A stretch of DNA of 63,423 nucleotides, counting the filler. It is 6 parts of 6 records of this genome, joined end to end, with 100 filler letters (N's around TTAATTAATTAA, not from the genome) between each part and the next. Parts side by side here need not be neighbours in the genome. Positions count along the whole stretch, not along the records: positions 44,089 to 54,647 come from SRR31147125_1295; positions 54,748 to 63,423 come from SRR31147125_1300; 4 more parts are not named here. One strand, given 5' to 3'. Shown here piece by piece: positions 51,413 through 61,883 of the stretch (its first letter is position 1; every line of letters begins with the position of its first letter). The translations under genes and the position numbers were made by a program. The notes under the pieces are model-generated. The model was given only the letters and a program-made list of their open reading frames with translations, was not told the DNA's origin and did not search any database.

Positions 51413-53635
51413 ATGGAAAAAGTTATTGGAAGTATAAAAAATTATGTTTTTCATAGTGAAGAGAATAGTTATTCAATTGCTAGACTCATGACACCTGAAG
51501 AAAAACAAGTCACCATTGTTGGTTATTTCCCAAAAATGAGTGAAGATGTTACCTATGAATTTATAGGTGAATGGGTCACGCATCAAACATATGGTCAACA
51601 ATTTAAAGTACAATCATTTAGAAAAACCGAAGCACAATCTATTTCTGGATTAATCAGCTATTTATCGAGTCCTTACTTTCAAGGTATCGGTCCAAAAACT
51701 GCTGAAAAGATTGTTGAATTGCTTGGAGAAGATGCCATTAATAAAATATTAAATAATCCTAATGTATTAAAACAAGTTGGGTTAAATGTAATACGTATCG
51801 CTAAGCTAAGACAACAACTTGTAGAAAATCAAATGAACGAACACATTTTAGTGACACTATATGGATATAATATTTCTGGTAAGATTGCGATGAAATTATT
51901 AAATAAATATCAAATGCTTACGATTGAAAAAATAGAAGAAAATCCATATCAATTAATCGAAGATATCGATGGCATTGGATTTTTAAAAGCTGATGAAATC
52001 GCCAATAAAATTGGAATTGAAAAAGATGATGATAGACGTGTTGAAGCAGGTATTATTTATGCATTAGAAACCATTGGATATCAAAATGGGGATGTCTATT
52101 TAACCTATGAACAACTTGTCAAATATACAAAGCATACGCTGCGTATTGATGTAGAGATTGATAAGGGTATTAAAAATCTTGAATCGGATGCTAAAATTAA
52201 GGTAGAAGATGATCGCTACTATTTACAAGTTGCTTATTTTACGGAGATTAAACTTGCAAACAAAATCAATCATATTAATCAAAGCGAAGATGAACAATTT
52301 GATGAGGCTTATATAAATACGCTTATAGATATGGTTGAATTGCAAAAAAATATGCAATATACACATATTCAAAAAGAAGCTATTCTTGCTGCGATGACAC
52401 ATCAGATGAGTGTCATCACTGGTGGACCTGGTACAGGTAAAACAACTATAATCGATGGGTTATTAGAAGTTTATAAACATTATTATAAACTGGATTTTAA
52501 TAATCCACATATCTATGAACGTATTGCATTACTTGCGCCGACTGGTCGTGCTGCAAAAAGAATGAAGGAACTTCTGGATATGCAAAGTTCTACCATTCAT
52601 AGACATCTTGGGTTTAATTATGATGGTATGTTTGCCTATGATGAATCCCATCTCTTACCACAACAATTAATTATTATTGATGAATCTTCAATGATTGATA
52701 TATTTTTAGCGTATAAATTACTTCAAGCAATTAGAGATGATGCGAAAGTTGTTTTTGTAGGCGATGTCGACCAATTACCATCAGTAGGACCTGGGCAAGT
52801 ACTTTTTGATCTTATTACATCTGAAAAGATAAAGACGGTGAGATTAAATGAAATTCATAGACAAGCTAAAGATTCAAGTATTGTTGATTTAGCGTTTAAA
52901 ATTAATCAACAAATACTATCACTTGATGATTTAAAGAGCCAAAATGATATCTTTTTATATCCTACACAGCCTCACAAAATTACTCAATTAATCGTTAATC
53001 AAATAAAAGGTGCTTTAGATAAAGGCTATGATATTGTTGATGATATTCAAGTCTTAGCCCCCATGTATAAAGGTGATTTAGGTATTGATAGATTGAATCA
53101 AGTCATGCAAGAAACACTCAATCCTAATCAATTAAAATCGATTAAATATGGTGATAAAATCTATTATGTTGGTGATAAGGTCATACAACTCGTCAATGAC
53201 CCCAAACGATTAATTATGAATGGGGATATTGGTAGAATTGAAGACATATTCGAAAATGAACAAAACGATAAATTAGTCAAAGTTAGATATGATGATAATA
53301 TTGTTGTCTATGATAAATCTGATTTAGATGAGATTAATCTTGCATATGCGATTTCAATCCATAAATCACAAGGTAGTGAATACAAGATTGTGATGATGCC
53401 TATGGTGAAAAATTATATGCATATGCTAAAAAAAGAACTTATATATACTGCAATTACAAGAGCTAAACAATATTTAATTTTATTTGGTGATATGCCATTG
53501 CTCGTATACGCATCAAATCATTTAGCAAATGCAAGACAAACAACGCTAGCGTTGCGTTTAAATGTAAATTTTGATAATATAGAAGACAGTGAAGAAGATG
53601 AACTAGAAAATCTCTCACCATATGATTTCATGTAG
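51413..53635 (+). CDS. recD2: ATP-dependent RecD2 helicase
   Basis: GIGPKTA HhH, GGPGTGKT, APTGRAA, DESSM, QLPSVGPG, HKSQGSE and YTAITRA. Confidence 0.95.
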   Translation: MEKVIGSIKNYVFHSEENSYSIARLMTPEEKQVTIVGYFPKMSEDVTYEFIGEWVTHQTYGQQFKVQSFRKTEAQSISGLISYLSSPYFQGIGPKTAEKIVELLGEDAINKILNNPNVLKQVGLNVIRIAKLRQQLVENQMNEHILVTLYGYNISGKIAMKLLNKYQMLTIEKIEENPYQLIEDIDGIGFLKADEIANKIGIEKDDDRRVEAGIIYALETIGYQNGDVYLTYEQLVKYTKHTLRIDVEIDKGIKNLESDAKIKVEDDRYYLQVAYFTEIKLANKINHINQSEDEQFDEAYINTLIDMVELQKNMQYTHIQKEAILAAMTHQMSVITGGPGTGKTTIIDGLLEVYKHYYKLDFNNPHIYERIALLAPTGRAAKRMKELLDMQSSTIHRHLGFNYDGMFAYDESHLLPQQLIIIDESSMIDIFLAYKLLQAIRDDAKVVFVGDVDQLPSVGPGQVLFDLITSEKIKTVRLNEIHRQAKDSSIVDLAFKINQQILSLDDLKSQNDIFLYPTQPHKITQLIVNQIKGALDKGYDIVDDIQVLAPMYKGDLGIDRLNQVMQETLNPNQLKSIKYGDKIYYVGDKVIQLVNDPKRLIMNGDIGRIEDIFENEQNDKLVKVRYDDNIVVYDKSDLDEINLAYAISIHKSQGSEYKIVMMPMVKNYMHMLKKELIYTAITRAKQYLILFGDMPLLVYASNHLANARQTTLALRLNVNFDNIEDSEEDELENLSPYDFM

Positions 53636-53644
53636 GAGACAAAA

Positions 53645-54478
53645 ATGAACATATTCAATCGATTTTTAGACTTTTTAAATCAAGATATGACTGAGCCTGT
53701 TGCATTCTCTAGTCTTGAGAATAGTTGGTTTTACTATTTATCTTTGGTGTTAGTTGTGATTGCTATTATTGCTTTAACAAGACATTTTAATAAGATCAAT
53801 CAAAAACAGTTAAAGAAAACCATATTAATCATTGGACTTTCATTAATTGCCTTTGAAATATATAAACAAGTTATTTTTACATATGATAATCATGGTGACT
53901 ACAGATGGTATGCATTTCCATTCCAATTTTGTTCAACAGCAATGTATGCGACACTCTTGTATGGATTATCTAGAAATAAAACACTCGATGATGTGATTAT
54001 ATCTTTTTTAGCAACGTATTCATTTTTTGCAGGTGTTGCTGTCATGTTTTATCCAACTGATGTTTTTACCTCACAAATTGGTATTAATATTCAAACCATG
54101 TACTATCATGGTGCTATGGTTGTTATGGGTGCATCTCTTATATTTTCTAAAAAAGTATCTCTATCATCAGAAACAATCTTTAAAGGTTTATTACCAATGA
54201 CTGTTTTTTGGATGATTGCTATTCTTATGAATGGATTTGTCAATAATTTCTATGCTGATATTGGAACTTTCAATATGTTTTTAATTAACCCTAGATATAA
54301 TTCTTCAATTCCAGTTTTAAATTTAATTGAACCACATGTATCTGCACCTGTTTTCCAAGTTGCATATTTACTTGGTATTACTTTTGCATCATTTGTGACA
54401 TTTAAGTTATTTGTAGGTCTTCGTTATATCCCAAGTCTATTTGTTCAAAAACAATCAATAGCAAAACAAGATATATAA
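53645..54478 (+). CDS. YwaF/TMEM164-like integral membrane protein
   Basis: Multiple TM helices with FPFQFCS, FYP, YYHG and NMFLI motifs. Confidence 0.7.
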   Translation: MNIFNRFLDFLNQDMTEPVAFSSLENSWFYYLSLVLVVIAIIALTRHFNKINQKQLKKTILIIGLSLIAFEIYKQVIFTYDNHGDYRWYAFPFQFCSTAMYATLLYGLSRNKTLDDVIISFLATYSFFAGVAVMFYPTDVFTSQIGINIQTMYYHGAMVVMGASLIFSKKVSLSSETIFKGLLPMTVFWMIAILMNGFVNNFYADIGTFNMFLINPRYNSSIPVLNLIEPHVSAPVFQVAYLLGITFASFVTFKLFVGLRYIPSLFVQKQSIAKQDI

Positions 54479-54542
54479 TCTAAAAGACTAGTTTATCTAG
54501 TCTTTTTTCATAATATTTTAAATACTTGATAAGTTGAGGTGG

Positions 54543-54647
54543 ATGATGAAAAAAGAAGTTTCATGTGGTGCAGTAGTCTATAGATATCATCAAAATCAAA
54601 TACAATTTTTATTGATTCAACACGTCAATGGGGGCCATTATGGATTT
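54543..54647 (+). CDS. NUDIX hydrolase (Ap4A hydrolase-like), 3'-truncated
   Basis: MMKKEVSCGAVVYRYHQNQIQFLLIQHVNGGHYGF runs into the contig end. RBS GAGGTG. Confidence 0.75.
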
Positions 54648-54747
54648 NNNNNNNNNNNNNNNNNNNNNNNNNNNNNNNNNNNNNNNNNNNNTTAATTAAT
54701 TAANNNNNNNNNNNNNNNNNNNNNNNNNNNNNNNNNNNNNNNNNNNN
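54648..54747. other. Artificial contig spacer
   Basis: N44-TTAATTAATTAA-N44. Confidence 0.98.
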
Positions 54748-54769
54748 TTTTTGGAGGAATGAAGATGAA

Positions 54770-56812
54770 ATGCAAAAAACTAGTTTACTATTAATAGCTT
54801 CAGCAATCTTAATGGCAGCATGTGGAAGTAGTAAGGACAGTAATGTTAAACTTGATACTAGGTTGAAACCAGCAAAACCTATTGAAAATGAGATGAAATT
54901 AAATCTAGAAGTACCCTATACAGTAAAACCTCTACCAGTATCTAAACATATTTCTGCAAACAGTGATAAAAAGAAAAAATATTTAAAAAGTGAAAATCCA
55001 ATCATTAATATCCTGTATGGATTTGAAGATATCTGGTCACTTAATAATCATAACTGGCAAAATGGAGGAGCACATGGTGCAGGACCTTCAATAGATAAAA
55101 ATGAAACTATATATAACACAGTAGAGATAAGAGATCCGAAAGTTTGGGAAGAAAATATAGCATATGTAGTCAAAGTTACAAATGATAGAACAGAAGAACA
55201 AGCGTTGGAAGCGTATTATGATGATAGAAGAAGTAAGAATTTAAGTGTACTTGATGGTTTTGGACCACTTACTGAGGAGTATAAAAAAGCCTCTGGAGCG
55301 AAGAGTTCTATGGATCATTCGAGTGATGGATTTGATGTAAATAAAGAGATTACTTACAAAGAGGGAGAAAAAGGAAGTGACGGAGATAAAAGTTCTAAGT
55401 TAGGTTCAGTAGTAAATTTAGTTGGAATTCTTAGAGAGTCTCACGCATCAACTTCTGGTTCAAAATATTTTTATTCATCGCCTAGACCTTGGAGAATGAA
55501 TAATAAAGGTCAAGTAATTGGTATTGATGCAAATAATGATGGAAACATTGATTTAGAAACTATAGGAAATACGAAGTTTGAAAAATATGAGTCAGATGTA
55601 AAGGTTGTTCCTGCATTAAAATATGCCAGAAGAAAAGCATTTGAATTCAAAAGTGATGGAAAAACAGCTAATGGTGGTAGAGGAAAAGATGGAGGTTACC
55701 CTAGTGGACATACTAATGCAGGCTATTTAGCTTCTTATGCATATGCGTATGCGATGCCTGAAAGATTCCAAGAGATGCTAACTAGAGCATCTGAGCTAGG
55801 AAATAATAGAATAGTTGCAGGTATGCACTCTCCGTTAGATGTAATTGGAGGTAGAACTCAATCTACAGCTGTTTCGGGATATGCATTTGCAAATGCTGAA
55901 AATATTGATGCAAAGACAGTTGCTTATGAAGCAACAGGAAATTATTTTGGTAAGTTAGCAGAACAAGAGGGGTTAAGCCTTTATGAATATGCACATAAAG
56001 ATGATAAAACAAAATGGGCTGATCATGATAAAAATAAAGAACTTTATAGATTTAGAATGACTTATGGTTTATCTAAAACAGGGGAAAGTGGAATAGCTCC
56101 GATTATTCCTGAGGGAGCAGAATCGATCTTAGAAACTAAATTACCATATTTAACAGCAGATCAAAGAAGAGAAGTTCTTTACACAACTGCACTTGATTCT
56201 GGTTACCTTGTGCTGGATTCTTCTAACGGATGGGGAAGACTTGATTATGTAATGGCTGCAGATGGGTATGGAGCATTTTTAACTAATGTAGATGTTGATA
56301 TGGATGCTTCAAAAGGAAGGTTTAATGCTAAAGACTGGTGGAGAAATGATATAAGTGGAAAAGGAATGCTTACAAAAGCTGGAACGGGAACACTTATTTT
56401 AACTGGAGATAACAGTTATAAAGGTGGAACACTTATAGAATCTGGAACTTTATCAGCTGAATCTGCAACAGCACTTGGAAAAGGTAGTTTATATGTAGAG
56501 GATAAGGGGACAGTTTTGGTTGATGCTGAAGGAACAGTTAGAGTAGGAAGTACTTTTACTCTTGATGGTGGTACTTTAGCGGTAGAAATGGATAATGACA
56601 GTGTTCAATTATCATCACAGGATATCATGTATATTGACGGCGGAACATTAAATCTAGATTTTTCAGAAGTAGAAGTTTCAGGCGAGCAAGAGTTTATTGT
56701 AGTTTCGGCAAAATCAGTAATTGGAAAATTTGATAATATAGTTGCTGGCGCTTATGATGTAGAGCTAGAGTACCTAGACAATGGAATAATTGCAAAAGTA
56801 GAAGCAAAGTAA
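54770..56812 (+). CDS. PAP2-family acid phosphatase lipoprotein with an autotransporter-associated beta-strand repeat
   Basis: Lipobox LMAAC, PAP2 motifs KYFYSSPRP, YPSGHT and RIVAGMHSPLDV, and repeat GMLTKAGTGTLILTGDNSYKGGTLIESGTL. Confidence 0.88.
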   Translation: MQKTSLLLIASAILMAACGSSKDSNVKLDTRLKPAKPIENEMKLNLEVPYTVKPLPVSKHISANSDKKKKYLKSENPIINILYGFEDIWSLNNHNWQNGGAHGAGPSIDKNETIYNTVEIRDPKVWEENIAYVVKVTNDRTEEQALEAYYDDRRSKNLSVLDGFGPLTEEYKKASGAKSSMDHSSDGFDVNKEITYKEGEKGSDGDKSSKLGSVVNLVGILRESHASTSGSKYFYSSPRPWRMNNKGQVIGIDANNDGNIDLETIGNTKFEKYESDVKVVPALKYARRKAFEFKSDGKTANGGRGKDGGYPSGHTNAGYLASYAYAYAMPERFQEMLTRASELGNNRIVAGMHSPLDVIGGRTQSTAVSGYAFANAENIDAKTVAYEATGNYFGKLAEQEGLSLYEYAHKDDKTKWADHDKNKELYRFRMTYGLSKTGESGIAPIIPEGAESILETKLPYLTADQRREVLYTTALDSGYLVLDSSNGWGRLDYVMAADGYGAFLTNVDVDMDASKGRFNAKDWWRNDISGKGMLTKAGTGTLILTGDNSYKGGTLIESGTLSAESATALGKGSLYVEDKGTVLVDAEGTVRVGSTFTLDGGTLAVEMDNDSVQLSSQDIMYIDGGTLNLDFSEVEVSGEQEFIVVSAKSVIGKFDNIVAGAYDVELEYLDNGIIAKVEAK

Positions 56813-56905
56813 TTATAAATTATTGAATGCCATAAAACTTTCGTAAAATTTATTTTTCTTTGTTAGTAGAAACTTATACTTTAAAATCAATATAATATAG
56901 AGATG

Positions 56906-56940
56906 AAATGGGTTCTTAACAATAGTTAAGAACCCATTTT
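56906..56940 (+). terminator. Intrinsic terminator
   Basis: Perfect 15-bp stem AAATGGGTTCTTAAC / GTTAAGAACCCATTT. Confidence 0.75.
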
Positions 56941-57003
56941 TGTATAATATAATCTAAATATAAAACTAAAAAACTCCGATTATTGTAATTAAGGAGGTAT
57001 TTT

Positions 57004-57942
57004 ATGAGAAAAATACTATTATTAATTGCCTTATCTTTGAGTGCATCAAGTTTTGCTTTGGAGAATATTTCATTTAGAGCAGGAACAATGATCTATCAGG
57101 GGACTTCTAACGAAATTGTTTATAGGTACTCTGGTAGTGAGGATAAACTTAGTGAGCTTATATGGGAAGATGAGATGACTCTTTACGGCTTTGGGGCAAC
57201 ATATGACTTTAATGAGCAAATTAAAATAAATGGTGATCTATTTACAACAACTTCATACTCTGGTGAAGGTGAGATGGAAGATTATGATTGGATGGATTAC
57301 AATATAACTGACTGGACACATTGGTCAAACTCTAAGACAAAAAGCAAGGGGACCATGCTGGATATAAATATAGAAGTGGTAATGCTTCCATTTTTTCTTG
57401 GTGAACTGTATTTAGTTGCTGGATATAAGTATGATTATGTGAAGTCTGAAGATTATGAAGGAAACTATATATATTCAAGTGCCTATAACACAGTTGATGT
57501 TGGAGATGATTCATCTAGTGGTTTTAGGGATTTGAGTGGAAGTTTTACAAATAAAGGAATAACGTATGTACGCTATTTTAATGCTCCTTATTTTGGACTA
57601 GGGCTTAGAAATGATAATGAAATATTTATTATTTCGACGAGAGTGATATATAGTACTTCAGTAAGTGCTGATGACGAAGATACACATCACAACAGAGATC
57701 TATTTTTTGAGGAGAGTTTCGAAGATGGAACTATGTTATCAGCGAATATAAACGGAAAATTTAAAATTACAGATAGTTTTGCTGTAACTGGAAAAGTGGA
57801 TTACACAGAATACTTCTTAATAAAGGGAAGTACAACAGTAACGAACTTATCAACAGGAGCTATAACAATTTACGGAGATGAATCTTCTGGTATTGAGCAT
57901 AGTCAATTATTAGCAAGTTTAGGAATAGAGATTAAAATATAA
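57004..57942 (+). CDS. Omptin family outer membrane protease
   Basis: Signal peptide, NEIVY, KLSELIW, MEDYDW...WTHWS and DDEDTHHNR match the OmpT/Pla motifs. Amphipathic beta-strands throughout. Confidence 0.85.
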   Translation: MRKILLLIALSLSASSFALENISFRAGTMIYQGTSNEIVYRYSGSEDKLSELIWEDEMTLYGFGATYDFNEQIKINGDLFTTTSYSGEGEMEDYDWMDYNITDWTHWSNSKTKSKGTMLDINIEVVMLPFFLGELYLVAGYKYDYVKSEDYEGNYIYSSAYNTVDVGDDSSSGFRDLSGSFTNKGITYVRYFNAPYFGLGLRNDNEIFIISTRVIYSTSVSADDEDTHHNRDLFFEESFEDGTMLSANINGKFKITDSFAVTGKVDYTEYFLIKGSTTVTNLSTGAITIYGDESSGIEHSQLLASLGIEIKI

Positions 57943-57945
57943 TAG

Positions 57946-57986
57946 AAGAAGTCCCTTGAACTTATTGAGTTCGAGGGACTTCTTTT
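57946..57986 (+). terminator. Intrinsic terminator
   Basis: AAGAAGTCCCTTGAAC / GTTCGAGGGACTTCTT stem with a T-tract. Confidence 0.75.
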
Positions 57987-58652
57987 ATTACAAATTAACA
58001 AAAGAGCTTTGCATAAGATCCTTAATAGTGTCCAACAAAAATGATTAAAATACTTTAAGTATTGATTGTGTGAATGTTTGGATTAGTTATATTAATGTTA
58101 TAAAAAGTTGAAATTTTTTTAAAAAATCTAAAAACACAGTATTTTGTAGTTTTTTTTGAATAAAAACTATATTTTTTCAAATTTATTTGAAAAAACGAAT
58201 AAAAAGCAGTGAAAAAGAGCTGAGGGTAGTTTTTGTAAACAGGGAGAGGAAATGGATAAAATGTCGCCATTTCCTCTTTATATTGCCGAAAATTAAGAAG
58301 TGTGTATAATAAATTAAATATTAGAAAAACTTAATATATATATAAAGAATATTTTTTATCTTTTTTATATATTTGATTAAAGGTTTGGTATTGTGATAAT
58401 ATGTTCTCAACAAAGGAAGTTTCGAAGTAATGTAAACTTTTTAGATAATAAAATTCTTGTAATTTGATATTTAAAAGTTTAATTAATATTTTTTTTAAAG
58501 AGTAAAAAAAATTGTAACAAATTTTAGAAATGAAAAAAAGTTGGTTGGTGGCAATTTTGTATCAAAAAACCTAAGAGTTCAACTACGTTATAGTTAGTAT
58601 TGATATATTTAGGACTAGGTTAAATTAAGGTTAAATTTAGGAGGTATGTTTT

Positions 58653-60056
58653 ATGTCGGAATCAAATGGAAGTTTTGAAAGAGTACTATCTAAAAAGGAT
58701 GTACTGGCACTGGCTTTTGGTGCAATGATTGGATGGGGTTGGGTTGTATTAGCGGGTAGCTGGGTAAAGACAGCAGGACCACTTGGTGCAATAATAGCAT
58801 TCATTCTTGGTGGAATAATGGTTTTATTTGTTGGATTAACATATGCGGAATTAACATCTGCAATGCCAAAATGTGGTGGAGAGCATGTATTTAGTTTAAG
58901 AGCACTTGGGTCAAATGGTTCCTTCTTGTGTACATGGTCAATAATACTTGGTTATATATCGGTAGTTGCATTTGAGGCAGTTGCGTTTCCAACGGTTGTT
59001 GAGTATCTTTTTCCAAATTATATACAGGGTAAGATGTACGCAGTAGCTGGATATGATGTATATTTTACATGGGTATTAGTTGGATGTGTTAGTTCTATAG
59101 CAATCACAGTTATTAACTACTTTGGTGTAAAACCAGCAGCGTTTTTACAAGGTATTTTAACTTTATTAATAGCAGTAGTTGGTATTAGTTTCTTCGGAGG
59201 TGCACTTGCAAATGGTGATGTTGCTAATGTTACACCTTTATTCAAAGGAGGCTCACAAGGAATCTTAGCGGTTGCAGTAATGACACCGTTTATGTATGTT
59301 GGATTTGATGTAATACCGCAAGCAGCAGAAGAGATCAATCTTCCGTTCAAGAAAATAGGACAAATATTAATTTTATCAGTTGTAATGGCAGTATTCTGGT
59401 ATGTAATGATTATTTACGGTGTATCTTTAGCAATGGATGCAGCAGCAATTGAATCATCTAAATTAGTTACAGCAGATGCAATGGGAGCAGTATTCTTTGG
59501 AAGTCCTTTAGCATCTAAAATAATGATAATAGCTGGAATCGGTGGAATTATTACTAGTTGGAATTCATTCTTCGTAGGTGGAAGTAGAGCAATTTACTCA
59601 ATGGCAGAATCAAAAATGCTTCCTGAGTTCTTAGCAAAATTACACCCACAATATAAAACACCAGTAAATGCAATCTTATTAATTGGAGTACTTTCAACAG
59701 CAGCTCCTTTATTAGGAAGAAAAATGTTAGTTTGGTTAGTTGATGCAGGTGGATTTACAATCGTTATAGCTTACCTGATTGTATCAATTTCATTCTTAAT
59801 CTTAAGAAAAAAAGAACCTGAAATGGAAAGACCATATAAAATACCAGCAGGTATGTTAGTTGGTTCAATAGCAGTACTATTAAGTGGAGCATGTGCATTC
59901 TTATACTTACCAGGAGCACCTGCAGCGTTAGTTCCAATGGAATGGGTAATTGTAGCGGGATGGTTTATTTTAGGAGCAATCTTCTACACATGGGCAAAAT
60001 CACAATATGCTGATTTTGGAAAACATAGTGAAGAGATAGCACCATTAGCTGATTAG
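58653..60056 (+). CDS. APC family amino acid permease (probable GABA/amine importer)
   Basis: GAMIGWGW, YAEL...P..GG, GFDVIPQAAEE, SRAIYSMA and ERPYKIP, with about 12 TM helices. Upstream of gabT. Confidence 0.9.
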   Translation: MSESNGSFERVLSKKDVLALAFGAMIGWGWVVLAGSWVKTAGPLGAIIAFILGGIMVLFVGLTYAELTSAMPKCGGEHVFSLRALGSNGSFLCTWSIILGYISVVAFEAVAFPTVVEYLFPNYIQGKMYAVAGYDVYFTWVLVGCVSSIAITVINYFGVKPAAFLQGILTLLIAVVGISFFGGALANGDVANVTPLFKGGSQGILAVAVMTPFMYVGFDVIPQAAEEINLPFKKIGQILILSVVMAVFWYVMIIYGVSLAMDAAAIESSKLVTADAMGAVFFGSPLASKIMIIAGIGGIITSWNSFFVGGSRAIYSMAESKMLPEFLAKLHPQYKTPVNAILLIGVLSTAAPLLGRKMLVWLVDAGGFTIVIAYLIVSISFLILRKKEPEMERPYKIPAGMLVGSIAVLLSGACAFLYLPGAPAALVPMEWVIVAGWFILGAIFYTWAKSQYADFGKHSEEIAPLAD

Positions 60057-60152
60057 GGGATCACAGAAATTAAAATATACTATAAACTTGTTTAGCCGTA
60101 ACTTCCTGGTTATTAATAGGAGTTTACGGCTGAACATGTAAGTTGTGTCAGA

Positions 60153-60236
60153 GTAGGGGCAGTTCATGAATTGCCCTATAAGTTAAGAAAATAGGAAGTT
60201 TATGGAAAAGTAGGGTGTTATAAATAATACCCGTAC
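60153..60236. repeat. Two GTAG-type REP-like palindromes
   Basis: GTAGGGGCAGTTCATGAATTGCCCTAT (60153-60179) and GTAGGGTGTTATAAATAATACCCGTAC (60210-60236). Confidence 0.65.
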
Positions 60237-60356
60237 ATAAGTGTTTTAAAAAAATTATGTGAGCTTTAATAAAAGAATAAATTAAAAAATTAAGGTGAAA
60301 ATCTAGATGCTAACAGTATGATATTTAAGTTTTTCACCAATAAATGGGGGAGTAAG

Positions 60357-61700
60357 ATGATAACAGAAACTAATGCAAAAGTGGTAACAGAAATACCTGG
60401 ACCAAAATCAAAAGAGATGTTAGAAAAAAGATTGAAGTATGTAACGAAAGGAACTAGTTATGCAACAGAAGTATTTATTGATGAAGCAAAAGGATCTTTA
60501 ATAAAGGATATAGATGGTAATATATTCGTAGATTTTGCTTCTGGAATTGGAGTACAAAATGTCGGTCACTGTGATGATGATATAGTTGATGCAATCAAAA
60601 CACAGGTAGAGAAAAATATTCACTCATCATTCAATGTTGTAATGTATGAGCAGTATGTAAATTTAGCTGAAAAGTTATGTGAATTAACACCTGGTGATTA
60701 TGAGAAAAGAGCATTAATGGTAAATAGTGGTGCAGAAGCAGTAGAAAATGCTGTTAAAATTGCTAGAAAATATACAGGAAAATCAATGATTCTTTCACTT
60801 GAAAATGCATTCCATGGTAGAACTTATATGGCTATGACTTTAACTAGTAAAGTAAAACCTTATAAGTATGGATTTGCACCTTATAATACTGATACTTATA
60901 AAATTCCATCGGCATACTGTTATAGATGTCAGTTTGGAAAACAGTATCCTGGCTGTAACTTAGAGTGTGCGAATAAATTTAGAGACCTTCTTAAAGGTGA
61001 GCTTTCATCTGATATGATAGCTGCTCTAATTGTTGAACCTGTTCAAGGTGAAGGTGGATTTATCGTACCTCCAAAAGAGTACTTACAAGAGTTGCAAAAA
61101 ATCTGTAAAGAGCATGATATATTATTCATCGTAGATGAGATTCAAGCTGGTTTCGCAAGAACTGGATCGTTATTTGCATCTGAACAGTTTGAACTTGAGC
61201 CAGATATGATGACTATGTCAAAATCACTAGCAGCAGGAATGCCTATTAGTTGTGTAGTTGGAAAAGAAGAGATTATGGATAATCCAATTGTAGGTTCTGT
61301 TGGAGGTACATTCAGTGGAAATCCTGTAGGATGTGCAGCAGCTCTTAGAGTAATTGATAAAATTGAAGAAGCTGGATTAAATGAAAAAGCTGTAATTATT
61401 GGAGATAGAATCAAAGAGAGACTAACTGAAATGCAAGCTAAATTCCCAATTATCGGAGATATCAGAGGAATGGGAGCTATGTGTGCAGTTGAAATAGTAA
61501 AAGATCAAGAAACAAAAGAACCATATAAAGAGATTATCTCTAAAATTACAAAAGAGAGTCTGGCAAATGGAGTAATCTTCTTAAGTGCTGGAACTTATGG
61601 AAACGTACTAAGATTCCTTCCTCCATTAGTAATGACAGATGAACAGTTAAACTATGGATTAGATGTTTTAGAAAAATCTATCGAAAAAGCTTTAAGTTAA
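60357..61700 (+). CDS. gabT: 4-aminobutyrate aminotransferase (class III PLP)
   Basis: DFASGIGV, NSGAEAVENAVK, FHGRT, EPVQGEGG, DEIQAGFARTG, SKSLAAG and GTFSGNP. Start is MITET at 60357. Confidence 0.9.
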   Translation: MITETNAKVVTEIPGPKSKEMLEKRLKYVTKGTSYATEVFIDEAKGSLIKDIDGNIFVDFASGIGVQNVGHCDDDIVDAIKTQVEKNIHSSFNVVMYEQYVNLAEKLCELTPGDYEKRALMVNSGAEAVENAVKIARKYTGKSMILSLENAFHGRTYMAMTLTSKVKPYKYGFAPYNTDTYKIPSAYCYRCQFGKQYPGCNLECANKFRDLLKGELSSDMIAALIVEPVQGEGGFIVPPKEYLQELQKICKEHDILFIVDEIQAGFARTGSLFASEQFELEPDMMTMSKSLAAGMPISCVVGKEEIMDNPIVGSVGGTFSGNPVGCAAALRVIDKIEEAGLNEKAVIIGDRIKERLTEMQAKFPIIGDIRGMGAMCAVEIVKDQETKEPYKEIISKITKESLANGVIFLSAGTYGNVLRFLPPLVMTDEQLNYGLDVLEKSIEKALS

Positions 61701-61883
61701 ATTTTTAGAAATAAAATTTGAACTTAGTGAGTTGAATATGAGATACTATATTTAAGAATAAAAAATTAATTGATCCTTAATAAAAATAATCGTTTGAAAA
61801 CCATTGGTTTTTCAGGCGATTGTTTTTATAAAACGGTGAAGCGTAAGGCTTCTGTATCTATTATTTCTAAAGGAGTGAAACAA

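Noticed and set aside
10504..54747. Five identical TTAATTAATTAA motifs flanked by N runs, resembling a repeat family
   Set aside because: These are artificial concatenation linkers. Apparent neighbourhoods across them are not biological.
58547..58562. TGGTGGCAATTTTGTA as a possible sigma-54 promoter for the GABA cluster
   Set aside because: The -12 GC is replaced by GT, the -24 box is degenerate, and no enhancer-binding protein gene is in the contig.
61782..61827. Hairpin between gabT and the dehydrogenase as a possible riboswitch
   Set aside because: It is a simple stem with A/T flanks, best explained as a terminator or stability hairpin, and shows no aptamer features.
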